DNA of 64,000 bases from Eledone cirrhosa (Eukaryota). Made by a program: the position numbers and the translations under genes. The DNA lies in contig OZ024753.1 in assembly GCA_964016885.1 (NCBI GenBank), forward strand, positions 21,700,001-21,764,000, read 5' to 3'. A model generated the notes under the pieces. It searched no databases, was not told the origin of the DNA, and saw nothing but the letters and a program-made list of their open reading frames with translations. Positions 51,402 through 64,000 of the stretch are shown one piece after another (position 1 is the first letter of the stretch; each line of letters opens with the position of its first letter).

Positions 51402-51924
51402 CACACACATATATATACACATATACATGTACAACCCCACCTCACCCCACACACATATATATACATATATACATTACAATTAAAAAGAATTAAAAATTAA
51501 AGATTTAAAATTAAGTGTTGAGGCAGGTTTGTTCATCTTTCTTGTTGAGAAGGAGACTGGATTTAAAATGGAGTCTTGTGTATATATATATAGAGGTAGT
51601 GGTGGTGGTAATTGTGTTTTTTCATACATAACAAAATTATTTTTAGGGAGAGGGATATTTTCTGTAAATATGTATGTGTATCTCAATTGTATTAATGGAC
51701 TGGTCAAGAGTTCAGATGGGGTGGCGAGGAGAGGAAATGTAAGATGGTTCACACTGATACATCGAAACCGGTTATATTATATATATTTTATATATATTAT
51801 AAAACTCCTTTTTTTAAAGAATTGTTCCTCTCATTTTTTTCAATAATCTCACTTTGAAGAATCAAAGAAGAAAAAAAGAAAAACAGATCCTTTAATATAT
51901 TTTCTGTGCTATTTCCAGTTCCAC

Positions 51925-51961
<37 letters not shown>

Positions 51962-52239
51962 GTGTGTGTGTGTGTGTGTGTGTTGTACATGTATGTGTGT
52001 GTTGTGCATGTATATATGTGTGTGTGTGTGTGTGTTGAACATAGGAGATGATATGTGAGCTGGAAGGACGTTTCTGTTGGTGCTAACACAATATATATCT
52101 ATTGAAATCTCAATTGTAATGTCCGGAGGAAGGAAGAGATTTCTGTGAATCTGATGAGTACATATGAATATGGAAGGACAGTGTTTCCTCTCTTTAATAG
52201 ATGCTGTCTTAATGTTCTTAGTCTTATAGTTTTGTCGTC

Positions 52240-53005
52240 TGTGTGATGTGTGGTGTGTGGTGTGGTGTGTGGCGTGGTGTGTGTGTGGTGTGGCGTGGTG
52301 TGTGTGCGGTGTGGTGTTGTGTGTGGTGTTGTGTGTGGTGTTGTGTTGTGGTGTGTGTGGTGTGGTGTGGTGTTGTGTGTGGTGTGGTGTGGTGTTGTGT
52401 GTGGTATGTGGTGTGGGGTGTGGTGTGTGTGGTAGGGTGTGTCGTGTGGTGTGTGGGGTGTTGTGTGTGTGGTGTTGTGTGTGTGGTGTGTGGTGTTGTG
52501 TGTGTGGTGGTGTGTTGTGTGTGTGGTGTTGTGTGTGTGGTGTGTGGTGTTGTGTGTATGGTGTGGTGTTGTGTGTGTGGTGTTTTGTGTGTGGTGTTTT
52601 GTGTGTGGTGTTGTGTGTGTGGTGTGTGGTGTTGTGGTGTGGTGTTGCGTGTGTGGTGTGGTGGTGTGTGTGTGGTGTGGTGTTGTGTGTGTGGTATTGT
52701 GTGTGTGGTGTTGTGTGTGTGGTGTGTGGTGTTGTGGTGTGGTGTTGTGTGTGTGGTGTTGTGGTGTTGCGTGTGTGGTGTGGTGTTGCGTGTGTGGTGT
52801 TGTGTGTGTGGTGTTGTGTGTGTGGTATGTGGTGTTGTGTGTGGTGTGTGGTGTGGTGTTGTGTGTGTGGTGTGGTGTTGTGGTGTGGTGTTGTGTGTGT
52901 GGTGTGTGGTGTTGTGGTGTTGTGTGTGTGGTGTGGTGTTGTGGTGTTGTGTGTGTGGTGTGTGGTGTTGTGGTGTTGTGTGTGTGGTGTGGTGTTGTGT
53001 GTGTG
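52240..53005. repeat. Compound GT/GGT/GTT low-complexity repeat
   Basis: Direct inspection. Confidence 0.9.
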
Positions 53006-53550
53006 GAACAACGGTGATATCTTTGTCAATAGACGCTGGACAAAACTCTCGCCTGATTTCCATCATTGACTTTCTAAATTGTTTGAAATATTGTGATTTT
53101 ATTTTGTTTACATAAATATTTCGCATACTAGAGAGAGAGAGAGAGCGAGATAGATAGAGAGAGTGAGGGAGAGAGAGAGAGATAGATAGGGAGAGACAAA
53201 AGGGGGAAAAGTAGAGAGTTTGTAGGCGGTCTATTTTAGGGGGAGTAGATTCTACAGACATGTGTAGGAGCAGCACAGCCAGCGATACCCACTGCACCAG
53301 TCGCTCCATTCTTCGGGGATTTTTCTAAGGGTAAGATGCATTCCTTCCTATTTTGCAGAGGAAACTGGTAGACACAGACAGGAAGTCTTGATGACTTCCG
53401 GCACGAACAGAAGCGGTCGTCCCGTTATTTTGATATATTCCGTTCCTTTACCAGTGGTAGTATCCGGGTTCGTCTTTTCTTTTGTCTGAAGCGAGAAACT
53501 TCGAACCGGATAACGTGTCGCAGATTAAAGATTGTAGAAACAATTATTTT

Positions 53551-53740
53551 GGCGGTGGATTGGCAGTATCGGTAGAGGATCGGACACCATGCTTTGACGC
53601 ATAGTTACGGCCCTTGCCATTCTGAGTTCAAATCCCGCCGAGGTTAACTTTGCCTTTCATCCTTACGGGGTCGATAAAATAAAGTACCAGTAATAAACTG
53701 GGTAATTTCTGCCCTTGTACCAAAAGTAGAAACAATTATT
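53551..53740 (+). mobile_element. tRNA-derived SINE with Meta/MESC-like core
   Basis: Full head, core and tail as in the other copies. Confidence 0.8.
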
Positions 53741-54423
53741 TTAACACCTACTGAACAGCTGTTTTCCAACACTGTGTCTCCGACCCCTGTCTGTCTGTGG
53801 CCCCTATATTTTATTGAAGTTTTAACTCAAACTTCTACATCCCTGAAACGTGATATATTTCCAACTTTGTTCGTTCAACCGACGACATTGTATAATGTTA
53901 TGGTCACCTAATCATATCTGATTGGTTGATAACATCCTGATAATATTGTCGGATGCTTGTGTTTGATATTTGTTTGAGGACTCTGGCCTCGCAACCATCT
54001 CTGGAATAACTGGGTAAGGAAGACCTTATGATGTGGCTCACATATTCAGCATTAATTCCACAGTCTGCAGCGTGCTGTGAGGTTTACCTGCATTTTACTA
54101 CATTTGTGCACCAGGTATTTTGTTGTTAATTCATGGGCCTTGATTATGAAAGCAACCTCTTCAGTACGATCTAACTGCCTTGCCTCTGGATATTACATAC
54201 CCCAACAGTACCAGTCGTACTAATGGGGGATACGAACCATCTTTTCAACATTTTACACTTTGCACACACACACATACACACACACACACAAACATGCCCT
54301 TTCCATATATATATACCATTTCCCCTAACCCCGCTCTACACAACAAAAGCTAGCTAAAACACACAACACATAATTACCTTCTTTTTCTTTTCTTTTTTTT
54401 CTCCCACCCGCCACCTGTCTGGG

Positions 54424-56864
54424 ATGATCATGGGGGCAGAGTCGTCAAACACTCCTTGCAATGGATCCTGTCAGAAGCAACCGTCTCCCACTGATTCGGG
54501 TGGATCCCCAAGCGCGATCAAGCCAAGCTCATGGATGTTATGCATTCCAGAAAAATCATATTTTAGACCAAGGCTACAGGACTCACAACACCCGGTGGCA
54601 CAAACCGATTTTGAAAAACCGAAAATAATTAACATTTCAAATACAAACCTCTCAGCCCAACAAGTAAAAATTCTCTCCAAAGGTCTGAAATTCACACCAA
54701 CACCACAATACCCTAACCCCAACGAGATAAATGACGATATCTCACACTTCTATAGAAAATTACGTCTCACAGAGGAATTCTTTGACAAGGAGAATAACGA
54801 CGAATCAATTGTACGGAATAAAAGCAGCTACAACCCAACAAAAGGTAGAAACAGAGTTCTGGACAAATTTTGTGACCACATAGCTACCTTCCCATACCAT
54901 GAACTACCGCAACCTAAACCCAAACCCAACACAAATCGAAGGGAATGGGAGATTATCTATGAACTAAAAAACAATACGGACATTGTAATTAAGGAAGCGG
55001 ACAAGGGAAGTACTGTTGTCATTATGGAGGCTGAAAAATATAAAAATTCTATGTTCTCTCTCTTACAAAATACTAATTACTATGAAAGAGTAAAAAACTA
55101 CCAGCAATCAAAAATAATGACCAAATTAAACACACTGATTTATCGATACCAGGAAGACCTAACTAAAAAGGAACGCGATTATTTAACAAATTTTGAATAC
55201 AAAACCAGCAACCTTTACGGACTTCCGAAGATCCACAAATGTAAAATAATCAACGATGCCTGTAAACAATCCACCTCAGCCTGCGTGAACACACAATACC
55301 CCACAGACCTTAAATTAAGACCAATTGTAGCGGGCCCACAATGTGAAACACACAGATTGAGCAACTTTATAGACATACTACTGAAACCAATACTGAAACA
55401 CATACCAAGCCTTGTAAGAGACGATCTGGACCTCTTAAACCACCTCCCCAAACATGTCAACAACGACACTATTATTGTGTCTTTCGATGTAGTGAATCTC
55501 TACACAACGATCCCACACCAATACGGACTAGAAGCAATAGGATTCTGGCTAGAGAAATATCCCAATGAGATACCTGACAGAATAGAAAAAAGCTTCATCA
55601 CCGAGGGATTAAAATTCATCCTACAGAACAACTTTTTTGATTTCGATGGCAATACTTAGAAGCAAATATCGGGGACTGCGATGGGTACAAAAGCCGCTCC
55701 AACTTATGCCAACTTAGTCATGGCATACTTAGAAGTCCAGATATATGAACAGTCCAAATCAAAATACGGATTGAACTTCCACAAATATTTATCAGAGAAT
55801 TGGAAACGCTACTTGGATGATTGCCTCATTCTTTGGTCCCACACACTCAACCAACTGAAGGATTTCAAAAACTTAATAAACGGCATCAATAACCACATCC
55901 AATTCACAATGGAATACAGCCAAGATCAACTCCCATTTCTGGACATCTTAATCATAAAAAAGACACAAATATCGAAACTGACATACACTACAAACCAACA
56001 GATTCCAAACAATATCTGCTATTCACCTCCAACCATCCAAAGCACACGAAGACGAACATTCCTTTTAACCTAGCAAGAAGAATTTGCACAATTGTCTCCA
56101 ATTATGAAACGCGAAATAAAGGACTTCAAGAATTAAAGGAAATTCTACTCGAGAGAGAGTACCCACTATTACTAATAAATAATGGAATAGAAAGGGCTAA
56201 AGCAATAGGCATTGATGAATTACGGAAACAGAAACAAATTCAAGGTACGTCCAATATTCTATCATATATCTCAACACACAACCCAAGAAATGCGGAAGCT
56301 TACAACACTATTCACAATAACATCCCACTACTAAAACAAAACCCAAGAATGAAAAAAGCCCTTGAAACACACAAAATAATCAAAAGCAAAAGACAACCAA
56401 AATCACTGAAAACATTACTCACCAATGCCAAATAACCTACCACAAACCCACAACCAAGTATCAAAAAATATGGTCGCTCTAATTGTGGAACCTGCACTCA
56501 CCTCATTGAAGGCAACACGTATACATTTAAATCAGGACAAAATTTTACTGTAAAAAATCACTTCACTTGCTCATCAAAAAATCTAATTTATGCCATTAAA
56601 TGTAAAGGATGCAATGAAGATTATATAGGACAAACTAAACTCACACTCAGAAACAGAATGACAGTTCATCGCCAACAATTACGAGATCCAACCACGAGAC
56701 AGATACCACTAAGTGCATATCTAGACATTTGCGCAAGTAATAAGACACCCACATTCCAAGTCTTCTCATTTTACCTTTGCGCTAACAATACAACAGAACA
56801 AATGCGAATAAATAAGGAAAATATGTTTATTCAAAAATATAAACCAACATTAAATAAGGTTTAA
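54424..56864 (+). pseudogene. Decayed Neptune-type PLE RT-GIY-YIG ORF
   Basis: LSKGLKFTP, ADKG, YGLPKIHK, RPIV, FDVVNLYT, GTAMGT, RYLDD, FLDI; linker NCGTC..FTCSSKNLIYAIKCKGC..YIGQT; stops at 55657 and about 56432, frameshift near 55965; start uncertain. Confidence 0.9.
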
Positions 56865-57352
56865 TATACATTATGTCAACACCACAATATGACATACACA
56901 CACACACATAACACCTTCTACTTTAGAAAATAAAAACCCGAACTAAATAAACCTTAACATACGTTTGCACTGGCAATACAACAGCAAACACGAAAAAGTA
57001 AGGAAAATATGTTCATTCAAAAATATTCCTACTAAAGGAATCACTTTCCTACACACACACATACACACACACACAATATATATATATATATATTCTCTTC
57101 ATCTTAACATGCTAACCATACTCCCACACACATAACACCCATACACACACATAACAACCTCCACACCTACAACTCCCTCCCCATTTCTACTAATAGAACC
57201 ACTTTCCTACACACATATATATATACACACACACAAAATATATATTCTCTCCATCTTAACATACTCGCACACACACACATAACACCCATACACACACACA
57301 CACACACACACAACTCCCTCCCCATCTCTACTAATAGAATCATCTTCCAATA

Positions 57353-57443
<91 letters not shown>

Positions 57444-57956
57444 ACACACAAGCACACAAATAAACATACATATCTTCACTTCAATAGAAAATCTGAACTC
57501 TGACACCCCGGCGAGCTGGCCATATTCACTGAACCAGAACAATTCTCCCAATCCCTTTTCTATTGACCACTATCTCTCCATTGTCATAACATTCACTATA
57601 AAGACTACAGAATAGTTTTCCAAATAAGGGCGCAAAAATGTAATGAAAACTTGTTCACGTGACAGCCAAATTTCATTTATAACCAACCAAAAAAAAACCT
57701 TCGTGAGCCTCCTTTTTTCAAGTAAAAAGAAATTCAAACACTCATATATGAAAAAACAACCTGTGACAACACCCCCTCTCTTATTTGAAGAACTATTGTA
57801 ACGCGAACTGGCGCGAAATTTATTATAATTATTGACAAACCAATCAAATTACTTCTCGAAAACCTGGCATTTCGAGCCACTTTTTCCATATAAAACAAGT
57901 AACATTCAGAGACCAACCAGATGTGAGAAAAACCACAGACCCTCCATCTCAACTCA

Positions 57957-57994
57957 CCTTTTGAAAAGCAGAAGAACTGCGAAACCGGTAAAGG
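57957..57994 (+). ncRNA. Minimal hammerhead ribozyme, U3-A8 core, in Neptune-type pLTR
   Basis: Stem I cctt/aagg; TTGAAAA; stem II gcag-aagaa-ctgc; GAAA; palindromic CCGG; GUA triplet; AATAAA at 58000. Confidence 0.85.
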
Positions 57995-58061
57995 AACCAA
58001 ATAAATATATATATTTAAAAAAAAAATAAGACTCCTGTTGCATTTTCGATTTCATCTCTTT

Positions 58062-58115
<54 letters not shown>

Positions 58116-58116
<1 letters not shown>

Positions 58117-58830
58117 TGGTTACACAACAATTACTTCACCATACCGAGAACAATTGTTTCACCTTAGTGGATCCTCAGCTCGTAATGGACATGGTTATAT
58201 GGAACAGGAAGGACAACCGTGCGAGCGCGCATGCGCAGAAACGATCTCGTCACACAGGCAATGCTAAATTGCGTGCGAGAGGTGTAAGGGAGATAACTGC
58301 GAAAGTCCGAAAGTTTCTAGTTGATATGAAAATTAGGATGTTGTAATTCAATCCGGAGATTTGTAGTTATGTAAGAGGTGTTTCCAGACGTGTGGACAGC
58401 GAGTGAAGAAATCACATCACGTGTTTAGGCAATCACTATTGCGTAATCTCTTTAGAATATTTATTCGTTCATCAATACATAGTCCACACGACGGATTGCC
58501 CCTTGCGTATGGCTTGGACTTAGTGATGGCTTGCCATTGAATGGAGTAGTCTATACTTGAGTCCTTGAGGGACCATACGTTGCTCGCGAGTACCTAAAGG
58601 TACTACCGGGTACCTAAAGGTCGACTGGTGGTTCAGGAAGAGTTCCTTAAATCGGCCCTCCGCCATACCCCCATAGGATTTGACCTCCTCTGGTTGATTT
58701 GGTCAGTTGGAAGTGACCACAGGGTCATGAACTACAGCGGGTGTATTGCATTGCTGTTGAAGAGGACAAGCTTCGGGCTTACGGCAAGAGCACTCTGGTG
58801 GGGTGTTGCTCTTAGGGCTGTTGGATAGTT
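58116..58830 (-). mobile_element. 5'-truncated third Naiad-type PLE remnant
   Basis: Minus-strand translation RKPEACPLQQQC.., GRFKELFLNH, VWSLKDSSIDYSIQW..PYARGNPSCGLCIDE..CPH aligns with the C-terminus of the 717-aa protein. Confidence 0.8.
58145..58182 (-). ncRNA. Type I minimal hammerhead ribozyme
   Basis: Stem I cgag/ctcg; CTGAGGA; 2-bp stem II cc-actaa-gg; GAAA; palindrome CAATTG; GUU triplet. Confidence 0.75.
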
Positions 58831-58943
58831 TGTCTATTGTTACGCTTTCTTTTCTTATTTCTGTTGTTGTTAGTGGGAGAGTAAGTTATAGGTTGCGAGA
58901 AGCCGCTGTTAACTAACGCCGTATTATAGTAGGGTGCCGCCCT

Positions 58944-59177
58944 ATCAAAGATAGCCTTATTAGAGGAGAGGTTTGAGATTCTAGTACTGATATTATTTAC
59001 GAAGTTTCTAAAAACTCATGCCACCCTCCCACTGTTTTTAGAAACTTCGTAAATAATATCAGTACTAGAATCTCAAACCTCTCCTCTAATAAGGCTATCT
59101 TTGATCGGTGCTTTCACCCTTAACGGGATCTTCTGAGACAAAGAGAGTTTCAGAAGATCCCGTTAAGGGTGGAAGCA
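58944..59177. repeat. Two adjacent inverted repeats
   Basis: Perfect 72-bp arms 58944-59015/59034-59105; about 31-bp arms 59109-59139/59147-59177. Confidence 0.85.
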
Positions 59178-59266
59178 GCGATTCTTTGCTTAAACTTTTA
59201 TTTGTTATTTTAATAAATATTTGCTCTACGGTTTTATATATTTAATATATATATATATATATATAT

Positions 59267-59378
<112 letters not shown>

Positions 59379-59632
59379 CCTTATCGAGCCCTCTTTGGAT
59401 TTTAGTCTTCACATTTATTATTATTACTATATATATGTGCGTGTGTAAGTATATGTGTGTGTGTATGTATATATATATGTGTGTGTATGTATATATATGT
59501 GTGTGTATGTATATATATGTGTGTGTGTATGTAAATATATTATGTGTGTGTGTATATGTGTGTGTGTGTGTATGTATATATATATGTGTGTGTGTATGTA
59601 TATATATATATATGTGTGTGTGTATGTATATA

Positions 59633-59687
<55 letters not shown>

Positions 59688-59973
59688 TCTTTTACTCTTT
59701 CACCTGTTCCAGCCATCCGGCTGAGGCCATGCTGTGGCACCGCCCCATATAATAGAGTTTTGTAGCGTGCTTCAAGCAAAATTTTTATATATGTATATAT
59801 ATGTCATGTATATTTATGTATATATATATGTCATGTATATATATATGTATGTTACATATGCATATAGAATAGGAAACAGAAATTTAAATAATTTTGAAAA
59901 CCACAACAATGCGTTAGGAAGATCATTAAATGGCCAAGATAAGAAAAGAATCTTACCATACCAAATTTAACAA

Positions 59974-60012
59974 TCCCAAATATTTTCGGATTTAAAAACC
60001 ATTATCAAGGGA
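59974..60012 (-). ncRNA. Minimal hammerhead ribozyme, U3-A8 core
   Basis: Stem I tccc/ggga; TTGATAA; stem II ggtt/aatc; GAAA; palindromic ATAT; UU. Confidence 0.75.
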
Positions 60013-60875
60013 GTACCCGCACGAGAGACTAAACTTCGATCGGATAGATTTTATTGTTTGGAGAGCAGATTTAACCTATGATGACCTCCTTTTCGGGTTG
60101 TGTTTTCGATGATCAGAGAGTGGGATTGGTCGAGTGCAAGGCCTTTCCCCACTTAAAAAAACATTCATAGCATAGGCATTGCTTGTTCAGGATATGTTAC
60201 AGGTTTGTGTGACTGGCCGTAGCCTAAAAGTGCACCAACTCTGTAATCTGACAAGCGATTGCAGTACGCTTAGCAGTTTGCACCCATCATATATATATAT
60301 ATATATTTTAAAAATTAATTGGGTTCTTAACACGTTGGATTGATAATGTTTTTGAAAAAACTAATTAACCCAAGTGTATATTATTTTATTTTTCTCGTTA
60401 CTAATGGTTATCTCCCTTTTCCGCTTCGTGACGCTATGATACTTCCTCAGTCGAAAGACTGCTGGAATTTCAAATTTGGCGGTCATTCGATGCGTGAAGG
60501 GACAACTTAACAGACACGAAAATTAACTGCGGTAAGAAATTTTTTCTTATATCAAAGTTTAATGGGCTTCCACTGAAGATTCATAAGTGCCCACCTAAAT
60601 ATATTCTTACATGAAAATATGTTAGGCTTCTACATAAACTGGAAACATTCTCCCAACTTGTAGAAAACTTATAATGAAACAATTGTTTGGAAAGAGAGAT
60701 ATATTTTAACTTTAATTATATCTCATATAAAATAATACAACTGGCTTTCCACAAAATACATATAGTTAGCACCCCAAACACTTAAATTGGGTTTATACTA
60801 ACGTATAAACTAATGTTTGTTGAGTGAGATGGTTACCAGTCGGAGTTTAGCTTAAAGCTATCTCTGTTATTGTAT

Positions 60876-60956
<81 letters not shown>

Positions 60957-61071
60957 AACAGATTAAAGTTTAAGCAAAGAATCGCTGCTTTCACCCATAT
61001 AATATATTTGATATATATTAATCCTTATGGAGCACTCTTTGAATTTTAGTCTTCACATTTATTATTATTAC

Positions 61072-61342
<271 letters not shown>

Positions 61343-61609
61343 TTTTCGAGATTGTCCAAGACAAGGTGGAGAGGTGTGGTATTGGCGGAAGATATTTTAG
61401 CTAGGTGTCCCCCGATTATTGTCCTAGTTCTCTGCTGCTAAACAGATTTAGAGTCTAAAGAAAAATCAATTAATCGATTCCTGGATGAATTGGTGTCAAA
61501 ATATTCTGCTTTTCTCGGTCTCCTCTCTAGCCATAAACTGGTGCTAAACATCGCCAAAACATCTCAATACATTATGGTTGCAGATTAGTAACACTTTTCA
61601 TCATCCTTT

Positions 61610-62200
61610 ATGGTGGTGGTGTTGGTGGTGGTGGCGGTGATGGTGGTGGTGGTGGTGGTGGTGTTGGTTTTAGTGGTTATGGTGGTGGTGGTGGTTGTAG
61701 TGGTGGTGTTGATGTGGTAGTGGTGGTGGTGGTTGTAGTAGTGGTGGTGGTGGTTGTAGTGGTGGTGGTGGTGGTTGTAGTGGTGGTGGTGGTTGTAGTG
61801 GTGGTGATGGTTATAGTAGTGGTGTTGATGTGGTGGTTGTAGTGGTGGTGTTGATGTGGTAGTGATGGTGGTGGTTGTAGTGGTGGTGGCGGTTGTAGTG
61901 GTGGTGTTGATGTGGTGGTGGTGGTGGTGGTTGTAGAGGTGGTGGTGGTTGTAGTGGTGGTGTTGATGTGGTAGTGATGGTGGTGGTTGTAGTGGTGGTG
62001 TTGATGTGGTGGTGGTGGTGGTGGTGGTGGTTGTAGTGGTGGTGGTGGTGGTGGTTGTAGTGGTGGTGTTGATGTGGTGGTGGTGGTGGTGGTGGTTGTA
62101 GTGGTGGTGGTGGTGGTGGTTGTAGTGGTGGTGTTGATGTGGTATTGATGGTGGTGGTGGTTGTAGTGGTGGTGTTGATGTGGTATTGATGGTGGTGGTT
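61610..62200. repeat. Compound (GGT)n trinucleotide repeat
   Basis: Direct inspection. Confidence 0.9.
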
Positions 62201-62726
62201 GGTTTAAAACATTCTTTGATCTCGGTAGTTATTGATACCAAAGAGAGGTTTACTGTTTTTGTTGTTTTTGTTTTGTGGTCTGTCATGGTCGTTGCTGTTG
62301 TTGTTGTTGTTGTTGTTGTTGCTGTTGTTGTTGTTGTTGTCTATTTCATATCATAACCTATTCTGTCTAATATAATTTTATTTCGTTTGGCTTAAAATGT
62401 ATGTGTGTATATATATATTTGTGTATGTGTGTATGTATGTGTGTATGTGTATGTATGTATATGTGTATGTATGTGAATGTGTGTATATGTGTGTATGTAT
62501 GTATGTGTGTGGCCCTGTAACACCTGGGGTAGTGATAGGGGGCGCTGCATTAATATCCGGCGTTTCAAGGACATTAACTCCTGGCGGAGTCTGAGGTCTA
62601 GAAATAGAGAGAAGAATAGTGACAAAGAGGAAGAAACGACCCCAGTACTTGACTGATTTGTTAGTGACCTCGAATGAAAGTTCCTTACAATACGAATGTT
62701 GTGTTAGGGTGATATATAGTTAGAAT

Positions 62727-62948
62727 CCTCCATGGTAGACATTACTGTCAGAAACTCCTGTCTCACCTCCTCCATGGTAGACATTACTGTCAGAAACTCC
62801 TGTCTCACCTCCTCCATGGAACACCACATGACTGTCAGAAACTCCTGTCTCACCTCCTCCATGGTAGACATTACTGTCAGAAACTCCTGCCTCACCTCCT
62901 CCTCCATGGAACACCACATTACTGTCAGAAACTCCTGTCTCCTCTCCT
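62727..62948. repeat. 42/45-bp minisatellite, about 5 copies
   Basis: Unit cctccatgg(tagac|aacaccac)attactgtcagaaactcctgtctcacct. Confidence 0.9.
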
Positions 62949-63544
62949 CCACCTCACATGTCATTGTACATCTGACACCACCTATATATTAATTTGTTTA
63001 CACTTTGCAGTTGATCATCGCTGTTTTCATATCTAACGGGGTGAGACAATAATAAAGTACCAGTAACGTAATGAGTCGATTTAATCGGCTTTCTTCTTCA
63101 CCCAAAATTGCTAGCTTCATGTCTAAACCAGAAATCCTTGTCGTATGGAGGCGAGTATTGTCTGGGATTTAATTTCTGTTGAGATATTCAGTAAATCAAT
63201 TACATTAAGTTTAATGCTTTATTCCTGTTATATAGTTCACTCATCACAAACGTAAATTAAACTTAATTTTAGTAACAGACGTTTGATTTCGCTTTTTAAT
63301 TAGATTTACATTTTGTAGTAATAAATATTTCGCACGTTTCCGCTGCTGGCCGTAAAACTTCTGTTAACGTGTCTATAAAAATAGCAGTTGTTGCGTCTTT
63401 TACTTCCTCTAAACATTCCCCCCGAGGAAAGTTTGATATACGCTATAGGTATTGTAATGTTTATCAATAACTGACATGTTTGATGTCTATACTTGTGATA
63501 TGTCAGACGGATTAGTTCTTCGCAATGTCTGTTCCGTTTCATTG

Positions 63545-63845
63545 AGCTCTGAGTTCAAATTCCAACATGGTTAGCTTTGCCTTTTATCCTTTTAGGGACG
63601 ATAAATAAAGTACCAATATAGGGCAGTGGTTTGGCAGAACTGCTAACACGTCAGACAGCTTGCGTTTCGGTGTTATCTCTCAGCCCATTTCTGTCCTCAG
63701 TTCGCTTGCAATGTAACTGGTTCCAGGTTGTATCTGGGTTTTTTTTCCATTCTTACTGAAGAATTTCGGCTCTTTGTGTTTTGAGTTCAAAACCAGCCGA
63801 GGTTAACATTATTTTTCATCCAGGGTCGATAAAATAAAGTATCAG
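63545..63845 (+). mobile_element. Two degenerate Meta-core SINE fragments
   Basis: gagttcaaa..gaggtt/tggtt..ttt.atcc..gg.cgataaa.taaagta at about 63550 and 63783. Confidence 0.55.
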
Positions 63846-64000
63846 TTTATTACTGACTTTCTCTTCCTCTCATTGTCTATCTTTGTTTAGATCTGATGAG
63901 GATCCAAGTTACTGCCCCCCTCTTAACCTCTATCTTACACAAGATCTTACCCACACCCCATAATTTTCTCTCAATTGTACCCACCATTTTACCCATAATT

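Noticed and set aside
51797-53309. Long His/Thr- or Cys/Val-rich ORFs
   Set aside because: They are read-through of the GT/GGT low-complexity tract, with no recognisable domain.
60566-60628. Further hammerhead-like strings (also about 4580-4625, 38090-38150, 48930-48980 and 49355-49385)
   Set aside because: Core or stems are too degenerate to call by eye.

Overview
AT-rich, microsatellite-saturated animal DNA, probably an octopod cephalopod (inferred from the SINE types and (TA)n/(CA)n load, not proven). I recognise no host protein-coding gene. The window is a nest of retroelements, mostly inserted in (TA)n tracts: a near-complete Tx1/L1-clade LINE (7.4-12.6 kb), a CR1-group LINE with a CCCH-finger ORF1 (12.7-16.8 kb), an 8.8-kb head-to-head pair of intact Penelope-like elements (PLEs; Naiad-type, 21.4-30.2 kb), a decayed second Naiad-type inverted pair (31.2-37.6 kb), a decayed Neptune-type PLE (54.4-58.1 kb), RTE fragments, tRNA-derived SINEs and minisatellites. 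The main result is a recurring architecture: many unrelated short palindromic elements (inverted arm + forward arm + 35-100 nt tail, flanked by (TA)n), most carrying a minimal type I hammerhead ribozyme. About 20 hammerhead motifs from more than 10 sequence families were folded by eye. Four families use the compensatory U3-A8 core (UUGANAA) instead of CUGANGA. One element is a retrozyme-like 311-bp tandem array. The CR1 ORF2 has no upstream AUG and overlaps ORF1 across two in-frame -1 slippery heptamers. All RNA folds and clade calls were made by eye and need computational confirmation.
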